A DNA stretch of 63,792 nucleotides, counting the filler, from Reticulomyxa filosa (taxonomy: Eukaryota > Protista > Foraminifera): NCBI GenBank assembly GCA_000512085.1. It is 19 parts of 19 records of this genome, joined end to end, with 100 filler letters (N's around TTAATTAATTAA, not from the genome) between each part and the next. Parts side by side here need not be neighbours in the genome. Positions count along the whole stretch, not along the records: positions 54,229 to 56,694 come from ASPP01028679.1; positions 56,795 to 58,473 come from ASPP01001831.1; positions 58,574 to 63,792 come from ASPP01005980.1; 16 more parts are not named here. One strand, written 5' to 3'. Both the position numbers and the translations under genes were made by a program. This document shows, one piece after another, positions 54,428 through 63,792 of this stretch; positions within the stretch are counted from its first letter, which is position 1, and each line of letters begins with the position of its first letter. The notes below the pieces were generated by a model. It saw only the letters and a list, made by a program, of their open reading frames with translations. It made no database searches and was not told the origin of the DNA.

Positions 54428-57400
54428 TCTTTTGTCTAGAGAAAATATGCATTCTGTCGCTAGTGATTTTAACCAATTTTATATTATGTTTTTGCACAAA
54501 GATATTGACTGTTTAGAATAATTCCAGTTTTTTGATTATTATAACTGATTTTAGATAGGAAACATTGAACAAGAAACCAATTTGGAATCTCGTTACTTAT
54601 GTTCTCATTAGACAATTTTACACAAGACATAGCAAGTTGCATTGGATGAACAGAATCAAAATATTTAAAACAAAAAAAATTTAAATGGACAACAGAGTGT
54701 ATTATCAAAGATAATATCTTCTCCTAAATTAAGATATGAGCGATCAGTAATTCAAAAAATGCAATCAAATAAAGAGATCCTTCAATATCTCAGGAACAGT
54801 TCTCTCTTTCAATGCAGCAGCTGTTAAAAGATGTTCAGAATTGGAATATTTAATCATTTTGAAGGATTAAAATATATTTGCATGTGTTAAACAAATAAGT
54901 TATATCTTTACATTAAATTAAACTCCAACATTTACATTGTTAATACTTGTAATAAATGCCTCTTTATTTTTCTTTCCTTTTATCATTTTGAAGTGACAAT
55001 GTCAGATTTTTTTTCCTAAAAAAAAAACTCGTGCAAAAACATTTTTCAGAGTCGACAAGAGTTTTTTGTATGCTATTTAAATTCTTGTTTGTATGGGATA
55101 CCCCAAATTCCATCAAACGAACAACGTCGGCAAACAAAATCATTAGATAGGAGTAGAATACTGTTTCGCAATTTGTTGTGATAAGCCTTTCTAAATCTGA
55201 GCGCGTTGTTGCTTTTAATAAGATTATTCTAAAGTAAATAATAAATTATTTTAAAAACCAAGGAACAGTTATTGTATATTCTCTTCAAGACTAATTGATC
55301 TTTATTTAGTACAAAATTTTTTTTTACAACAGAGTAGATTTTTTTCCAGAAATGAATCATAAAGTCAAAAAAAAATGGAAAAGGAAAAAATAAGAAAATC
55401 TTTTCTAGTTGACTGTCACATTAAAGACTGGATTTTGTCGATCAACACATTGCAAAAACTAATTTTCTATCCTTCTTTCATTGATAAATGCATTTGTGTT
55501 TTTTTTTACACACAAACAAATAATATGCTTTAGCGATTGTTGAATCTTTTTATTTTTCTTTTCTTTTCTTTCGTCATTGTGCAAAAAAAATTTGAAAAAT
55601 ATACTCAGTTTTTTTTATACCACTTTTCTATTATCGTTCACGCTTTTATTTTTTTTTGAAATAGATAAATAGCATTTTAAGGACATACACAACAACACAA
55701 AATATTACAACGAAGCAACGAAATCCATTTGCATTCATAATTTGTTTTTTGTGTGATAAGAATAACAATCACTTTTCTCAAGACATCCATAAATGAGGAG
55801 TTCATCTGTAGAAAGTAGAGTGAACAAAATCTTCAATTTTTGAAAGTGAGTCGAAGTAATAAGAATCCGACAATAACATCTAATTGGATAAATTTGAACG
55901 GGTTTTGGAAGCAAGAGTCTAATGGCAGATATGTCGAGTCAGAATCTATTTCAACATTGCAAACAATATATTTTTTGGCCGTTAAAAAAAAAAACCAATA
56001 ATGAATTAAGTATATGAAACATTCATTCATTAAAGTGATAGTCATTTAATGCAAGATGAAGTTGAAACAGATGACGAAAACATGACCAAATTGAAGGAAG
56101 ACATTGATAATGTAGGGAAAAAAGCGCGAATCGTCACTATTTACACAATCACTTGTCAATCGCAAGCAGCCTTTGATTTCTGCTTCATTCAAACGTGCAT
56201 ATATTCGTGGCTTCACATGACGACTGTTCGATGAACCTGATGCTGATGCAGTTGCGTAATTTATGTTGACGATGAAGGACGACCTGAATGCATAAAGTTG
56301 TGTGATTAATCCCGCAATCGAACTGTCAATGCTGCCACATAGCGAAGAAATGCACTCGAACTTGCGACACACTGAAGAATCGAAGGGGTCGATGTCCATA
56401 TTAAACCGCTAGAGATAGAGTGCATTATGACGTATTTGTAGTTGAACATGCTGAACTTATATGCGATAGTGACATATTTTCAAATGGAAAAGTCTGAAAA
56501 ATGAGGTAGCAAAATGGTGTCTGATTGCGAACGTGATGTTGAATCTCGTTACCAGCCATGTAGGACAACAAGACAATGAATGAATACTTGATAAAACACA
56601 GCATCATCCGGATTTTGGGATTTACGCAAGCTATGTTTGAGGCCACTATAGCCTTGGGCAAAAAGAATGCAGATGTCATTAAAAAAAAAAAAAANNNNNN
56701 NNNNNNNNNNNNNNNNNNNNNNNNNNNNNNNNNNNNNNTTAATTAATTAANNNNNNNNNNNNNNNNNNNNNNNNNNNNNNNNNNNNNNNNNNNNTGTCAG
56801 TTGCCCCATTTCCTACAGTTGGCGGGTGTCCTCTAGCTTTGAGCTGTTTCTACTTTGGAGTCCGTGCGTGCTCTTATTGCTACATTTCAAAATAAAAATT
56901 ATGACAAAAATGCTTTGATGCTTCATAGCTGATTTGTTGGAAGAATAGCTAATGTTACAGCGTGGCTTTCGCTTTTCTCAATAGTATACACAAGTGCATA
57001 GATAAAAAAAGGAAAAAGATGAGGGCTGGCTACCTCAGAGGTCTTGTTCGATTTTACACTGATATTTCTCTGTGACATTGCGGCCCAAACTTGTAATAGT
57101 GCTGAAGTATCAACTTAGCAATGGCGGCAGGTTTTAGCTGCTCCGTTTCCGGCCTCGCTCGATGCCCCGTCTCTTTGACTTTTTTCAACCCCGATTTCAT
57201 GATACTCACTATGTAAACACAGCAAATCTCATTACAAACACTTCCGTAATTGTATCAGTGTTGAACCATTGCTTTGATATGACAACGCCTTTTAGATTTG
57301 GACAACACCACATAATGATGTAAAACCTAACAGTCTCTGTTGTATCCAACAACTCATCTTATCCTATTAATAATGTTCGACTTTAATACATAGTGGTCAT

Positions 57401-58573
57401 GTTATAGCAGTAAATTTGTTATGATAAAATTATGTTTTTCTTTGTTGCTAAAGCAGTGTTGACAAAAGCGGCTTTGGTCATTAAAAAATTTAAGACCACT
57501 TTTTTAAAAAAGCTACATTGAGCATGTTATAGAGTTGCAGTGATGTGCTACCAATTGGCCAATGCAACGGAAACTTTAATTCCTGAAGCCTTTGTTTTGC
57601 CGTTTTTTCTCAAAGGGTGACAGCTTTTTATAGTATTGAGACTAGTGAGAGCCAAAGTGCAATGCAAAGATTGATGTGCATACTTCGAAACAAACTCATC
57701 CCAACTTTGCTTCGAAAATGTGCGCATTTGATTTTGAGAAAATTTTGGTATTCATCCGCTGCAGAGTATAAGCTCGAAACGGATTTTAATGACGTGTCAA
57801 AGGATACGTCGTTCGTATGCTACTCATGCAAAACAACAGCGTTTTTTCAAAATTCAAAGTGAATCTGCCTTTGCAAGTAGCATTGAGTTTTTGGACGTGT
57901 ACAAGGGAACACAAATGCAAAGAGTGGTGAAATATTTCTAAAATGGACTTTGTTATATCATCAAAAAAAAAAAATCGTTGGGATAGCTCAAAGTCAGTAA
58001 AGCGTGTAATTGACGATACAATCCGAACTCTATAAATTGGTGCAAAAAAAAAATTTAATTTGTTATTGCAAGTACTGCCATTTGAGTCAATGTTTAGTGT
58101 TGTTTTGGAGTGGCCTTGCTTTTGTTCATGTTGGTGCTCTTTGTGTTCGGTATGTAGCGTCCATTGATCGTGTTGATATTGGACGTATAGCAAAATCAAT
58201 TGCAAGGATGGCTGATTTGTCTCTTTTGAGGGCAAAAGCAGGTTGCTGTGGATAATCTTTTTCATAAACTTTTCTGGAGTGGATATTATTATATTTTTCA
58301 GTAATGTCCATTCATTACTCTTTTTTAAACCACGTGCATTGAGTAACCTGTTGAGCAATGTTTCCTTTCGTTCGTATTCGCTCATGTGATCGTTGTTTTT
58401 ATTTTATTTGCTTACTAATCTTTTTTCCTCTCTTGGCACAAATTATGCTTACGTCCTGTTTTTATTAATCGTTNNNNNNNNNNNNNNNNNNNNNNNNNNN
58501 NNNNNNNNNNNNNNNNNTTAATTAATTAANNNNNNNNNNNNNNNNNNNNNNNNNNNNNNNNNNNNNNNNNNNN

Positions 58574-58605
<32 letters not shown>

Positions 58606-59062
58606 CCACATACAAATACCCAATTCAAGCTCTTTTGTGCGGTTTAAAGTTGTTATGCTCTCTTTCCTCAATCGAACCAACGCTTGTCGTAGCACTGCAT
58701 TGTCGTCCTCTTTGTTTGCCTTGTTTGTTTACTTCCAATTTTATGTTTTTCTTTTTTTGTTTTTTCAGATACTCAACTGCAGGTGTGACAAGAATAGAAT
58801 CGCTTTCAACAAATGGTGAGCCTGGAGTTGAAGATGTAGCCATATATCTATATATATATCTAAGTCCCCCGCTACGAATATTAAAAACACTTTTTCAATA
58901 GTCCAACTTGAACTGCTTTTGCCAAGTTTTCTTAGTACAGGATTAACTTTTTTCAAAAATATTGTACAATATATGCTTATGTCATTGCTGATAATTTTTC
59001 AAATTAATACACGTGTCTAAAAAAGAGCGTACGGGAAAAAAAAAATTGAAAAAGGAGTTGTA

Positions 59063-59482
59063 ATGCCTCGAGATTCTCATCACGATCCACATGAAAACTT
59101 GACGTTTTATGATGCGCCAACAACTCCTGTGTCTCAAAGAATGAGAGTAGGTGCTGTAAGCTTCTGTACTGGAGCTATAGCAGGCGGCTTGCTGTTCGTA
59201 GCGTCTGCAGTTTTGCAGGTAAATGATTGGCAAGAGCCTTTATGATATTGTGATCTTTCTTTTGTCTTCAGAAAGGTCTTGTTTGTTTGTGACAGAAACA
59301 ACCAATCAATTCACACGTCCTAAGAAATGCAGCAAATTCAGGAATATTTCTAGGTGAGTTATATGTTAATCTTTCGATAGCAGCATTGTTACTATTTTCT
59401 TGATTTTTACTTTTTATTCTTGTTTCTCAAAGGAGGCGCATTGGCTGTTGGTTCTCAGTTTCGAATGGGAAATTCACATTAA
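59063..59482 (+). CDS. Romo1/Mgr2-like small membrane protein, join(59063..59218,59296..59353,59433..59482)
   Basis: Spliced product ...RMRVGAVSFCTGAIAGGLLFVASAVLQKQPINSHVLRNAANSGIFLGGALAVGSQFRMGNSH*, with two Gly-patterned TM segments like Romo1. Both introns are GT-AG and phase-compatible. Confidence 0.6.
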
Positions 59483-60119
59483 TCTCCCATATGCGACGTC
59501 ATGTTATTTCCTTCTTTCAAACGTATTCTCGCCCACACTTTTGCTTCGTTTTTTTGCCATTTCGTTCAGCATCACTGCAATTACGATTAACCATACGATG
59601 ATCTTGTTTGTGGAAACTTATTGTTTTGTCAGAAGGAATTTTTTTTAGTAACAATAAAGTAGTTATTGAAAGCACAGATTAAAACAAAAGAAAAAAAAAG
59701 ATGTTTTTGTTTGCATTAATTGATTGACCCAAATTGAAAACTTTATTTTTACAAATAGAGGCTATCTCACAACTCAAAATTATCGAATATTTCACTTTGG
59801 TAAGTTGTGTCTTTGAAGTAGTTTACGGCATTAATACAATTCAAACTATCAATTTTTTGTTGAATCGAGAACCGAAATTTTTACAGTAAAACAGAATATT
59901 CGCTTATTGGAGCGTTAATTCTTTACATTTTTTATGTGAAGGTTACAGAAATTTTGTTCAGTGTACATTTTTGAAAATATGTAAGTCGGGTTAAAAGAAG
60001 ACGAAGAGAGAGAGACGTCTTTTCAAAAATATTGCTATAGACAAAGAGACTAGAAGTCCAAAGCAAAATTAGCATGCAGAGACACATACATATTTTTTAC
60101 AAACAAAGGCATATAAGAT

Positions 60120-62133
60120 TCACAAAACAGAAGAGCCATCGACAAGAGCATCATGATCACTCCCATGTTTTGCATCGTTTGGCTCACGAGAAGAAGTAGC
60201 ATTCATTTCGACACGGTCTTGCTTATCCAAAGATATGTACTGTGAGTGAATATCTTCGCGATACACATAGCCCATGGCAAAAGGAATAAAGAGCAGTAAA
60301 GAGAAGAGCATGATAATGGCCAACAGAAAGTAGTAGTATTCCAAATGCCCATTATCCAAGTTGTTTGTGATCCAAGGATCATTATGATTACTATTGACCA
60401 AACCAATGAAAAGACAGCTAAGAACGGACCCAATTCCCGAAGCGGCGAGAGAGAAAGAAAAAACGGTGGACTTACAGGACTCGGGTGACTCAGTATAAAA
60501 ATATTCCAAGCCGGCAACATTTGCAAAGACTTCGCTTATGCCAATTAAAGCGCTGATAAGAAACAGCCAAAAGATACTGAGATGATGAACAGGGACGTCT
60601 CCGCAGGTTGAAGTCTTGTCGTGGATTGTGCCCGACCGTTTTCGTTCGATTTCGATCACTCCTGCGATAAACATTGTCAAGACAGCAACAAAATAGCCAA
60701 CACCGGTCCGTTGCAAAGTGGTGATAGGAAGACCAAAGTGTTCCCGTAAATAGGGATAAATCTTTTTTTCCAAAAGTGGAATCAATAGTAATATTGCCAA
60801 CATATCGCCAACAGTGAGAAGTGCAATTGGCATTGCAAAGCTTCGCACGGTGTAATCCATTTGACATCCTTGTGCAAAAAACAACGTGGTCTGTGCGCTA
60901 TCCACGATGCAATACGAGATTTGAAATAGCATATAAGGAATCAATCGATATACTTGTTTGACCTCTTCGACCGTTTCTTCGTCGTATAATCCCCCATGTT
61001 CTATTTTGGCAATGTCCAGCCAATGGTTTGGCAATTCCTTTACCGATTCATTGTCATTGTCATTGTCATTGTCATTGTCATTGCCTTTGTCCTTTTCGTT
61101 ATCACTGCCATGTTTAGAAGGATGGTCCTCGGCTGTCTCGACATAACTCACCTCCAATTTTTCTGTCGCCTTGCGTTCATGTTTGCCAGTCTCGCTTTCC
61201 AATTGCACCTTTCGGATATGTCGACGGCTCCACGCTAGTTTTGTGCAGCCATACAAGTCCGTCAATTTACTCCCAACTGGAGGCATGTGACGATAGCGTG
61301 TGTCGTTGTGCCAAAACACGAGTAATCCTGAGTCTTTTTTTTTTTTTTTTTTTTTGATACGTCATGATATATGTGTATATGTTTATAATCTTTTCAAAAA
61401 ATATATATGTGTATACATATACATATATATATGTATATATTATCAAAGATTGATAAGAGAAACCTATAAAAATGGACAGTGCCGGCAAACTCCATCCGAT
61501 GGCGAAAGAAACGTCTTGACATAAGTAAGCAACGACAGTGAACGCCAACAAAGCGCCGACATTGATGCCAAAGTAAAACCAGTTTGAAAAGGACTGTAGG
61601 TCTTCTTTATACGAAGCAGATCGATCATCCAGTTGATCACTACCGAAAGGAAATACATTTCCTTTGATTCCACCGGTCCCTTTGTTTGCCAAGTTGCCGT
61701 TAGAATTTTATGCTCAAACACACAGTGCACATAAGGAAATACGCACACCTAAGCCCATCATCGTTAATGTGAGGAAAAACAATATCCCCAAGCATATGAA
61801 CTCCACATGATTCAAGTGGAATTTCTCGTATATACACGCTACTATTGCGATACTACCAACGCTGAACACGTACATAAATAATGCATAATATATCACTTTG
61901 TAGCGTCCAATGTAGTTGTCTGCTATGTGTCCACCGAATAACGGTGACAAATAGCATATGGCTGAAAATATGTTCACTGACACGATTGACACAGCTGTAC
62001 TTTGGTGCAAATAGTTCCGTAAAAAAAGCTGTAAGGACGACAATATTCCATAATATGCAAAACGTTCACAAAATTCGGTCAATATTATGGCCTGCGTCGG
62101 CGCGGCCATCTTCATAAAGTTCATTCTGGTCAA
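60120..62133 (-). CDS. POT/PTR (SLC15/NPF) proton-dependent oligopeptide transporter, spliced; start uncertain
   Basis: EFCERFAYYG (ExxER), GGHIADNYIGRY, GTGGIKGNVFPFGSDQ, FSNWFYFGINVGAL, GLEYFYTESPESCKS, NLDNGHLEYYY. Confidence 0.92.
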
Positions 62134-62337
62134 ATTGTCACCTGAAGAATATCACCTTAATAAAAGAGCTTTTTGTCTCAGAGACGTTAATACACCTTTC
62201 TGTAAAGCTAATTATCACAACGTCACAGCATAAAACAAACGTTAGGATAAATGTATCTGTTTTTGGACATAGTTTTCTATTATAATAGCACTAAAAAATG
62301 TTTTGAAAAAAAAAGGTCCGTTTGAGAGAAAAAAAAA

Positions 62338-63750
62338 ATGAGTGAAGACACCATGTATCGCTTAGTCTTGCTGGCACGAGCAAAAGCCAAAAAAAAAGAG
62401 AAGCTCGAAGCACGAAATCCTCAGGGTACTAATAATACTCCTTCAACCTTCCCAACATTACATCGAACAAAAACAGAAATGACAATGGACATTGAAAGCA
62501 ACAGTCGCGGAGATATGATAATAGAAAATAAAGTAGCAAAACGACTGCAAGGAGCATATAAAGATAATAAAGTGCCACCTTTACACGTGCGTAGTTATTC
62601 AGTGCCAAAGTTCCAAGACCTGCCCCTCCCACATTCAAAGCAAGTGGCAACACCTAATGAAATGGGAGATCAACCAATCCAACAATCTGGCTCTACTGTG
62701 TTCAATAACGAACACGATCATTTTATCACTGAGATGTCGACACAACATGAACAGGTTTTATTGCAAACAAGAGCATGCGTCCATTTTTGCATCTTTTGAT
62801 ATTGTTCTTTCTTTCTCTTTTTGCTTCATCGCAACTACTTGCGTTTAATCCAAACACAACAGAACTCAGTGTCCGCCGAAGAAGGTGATTTCGGTCAAAG
62901 AGACAAAGGGTACAACCGCTTTACTGTTGGTACGTTTGAAAGAGAGGAGAGAAAAAGGAAGAAAGAGGCAAAAGGGGGATTTTATATACTGTTTTAAAAA
63001 AAAAAAATTTGAACATGCGCAAATCCGAAAATGAATCGGATAAATGGCACAGGACCCGGAGGAGTGTTTGGAAGATCACAAGGACACGTGACCAAGGCAA
63101 TTTTGACAACGAAACGTCGTGTATCATCGAGTGTGTCAACGACATCCACGTCCCGTTCTTACAGCGTGAGCAGCGCAGATGGGAACACGGACAACAACAA
63201 TGAGAATGACATGATAATCATTGCAGGGACGAAGAGGGAGATGTCTCCGCCAAAGTTGGACTGCGTGAGTGAGACTTCGAGTGTCGCGTCCGAAGGGAGC
63301 TGGGAGAGGGCTATTGTTTCCCATTATCAAGACGTCATCCGACAAAAAAATGGAGGAGAACACTATCTCAATTCGACACAGCCTTTGCCATTGGATGAAA
63401 ACAACGAAACTGAATTTTATGAGGCTAAAGACGTTGTTGCAATGGATCACGGCCAACAAGACAAAGATCAGTCCAATCTAAATCAAGGTCACGACGATCA
63501 AGATGATCAGGATAATCAAGAAGATAATCAAGATGATCAAGATGATAATAATGTTCATCAAAAGTTCATTAACGAAACTCATTCTACCAATGGCTCATTA
63601 CGTCACCATCTTAGCACTCGCGCTCTTCAGCCTACTACTAGCGATGACATGGCTGGTGAAAATGCCGCTCTTATTGATAATGTTGATGACAACAATTTGC
63701 GTTTGCCTGTAACTCCAAATGAAGCCTCTGTTGGATCCAAGTTCGATTGA
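62338..63750 (+). CDS. Hypothetical low-complexity/disordered protein, multi-exon
   Basis: Long same-strand ORFs 62338-62799 and 63031-63750 with S/D/Q/N-rich composition; no motif recognised. Confidence 0.45.
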
Positions 63751-63758
63751 ATATATAC

Positions 63759-63789
<31 letters not shown>

Positions 63790-63792
63790 TTT

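Overview
This is AT-rich eukaryotic protist DNA with spliceosomal introns. The expanded WD40/kelch/TPR/NACHT/RING-TRAF families and a divergent alpha-tubulin resemble a foraminiferan such as Reticulomyxa (inferred from gene content, not verified). The window is not one locus: it is 19 unrelated contigs joined by 18 artificial 100-nt linkers (44 N + TTAATTAATTAA + 44 N). Housekeeping genes, many partial: PI3K, TBL3/UTP13, Na+/H+ exchanger, ABCG, CK2-alpha, CCT2, VPS26, CIAO2B, a POT/PTR transporter, a Romo1/Mgr2-like gene, a HECTD4/HERC-like N-terminus and U6 snRNA. It also holds many beta-propeller paralogues and pseudogenes, a solo LTR, Tc1/mariner remnants and one high-GC bacterial contig (mlaE-mlaD). 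Top leads: (1) a ~33-codon phase-0 exon module (S-x-x-E-I-x-x-I-I-x-x-W-x-R-x-L-x-I-K-L-G-W-I-x-D-F-D-K-I-V-x-x-Y), present 5 times, N-terminal to two WD40 families and C-terminal to a kelch family; (2) decayed DNA depleted about 5-fold in CC/GG but not in CpG, suggesting a CpC-directed, RIP-like mutational process; (3) pseudogenes telescoped by large internal deletions, including an NLR-like NACHT gene and an alpha-tubulin.
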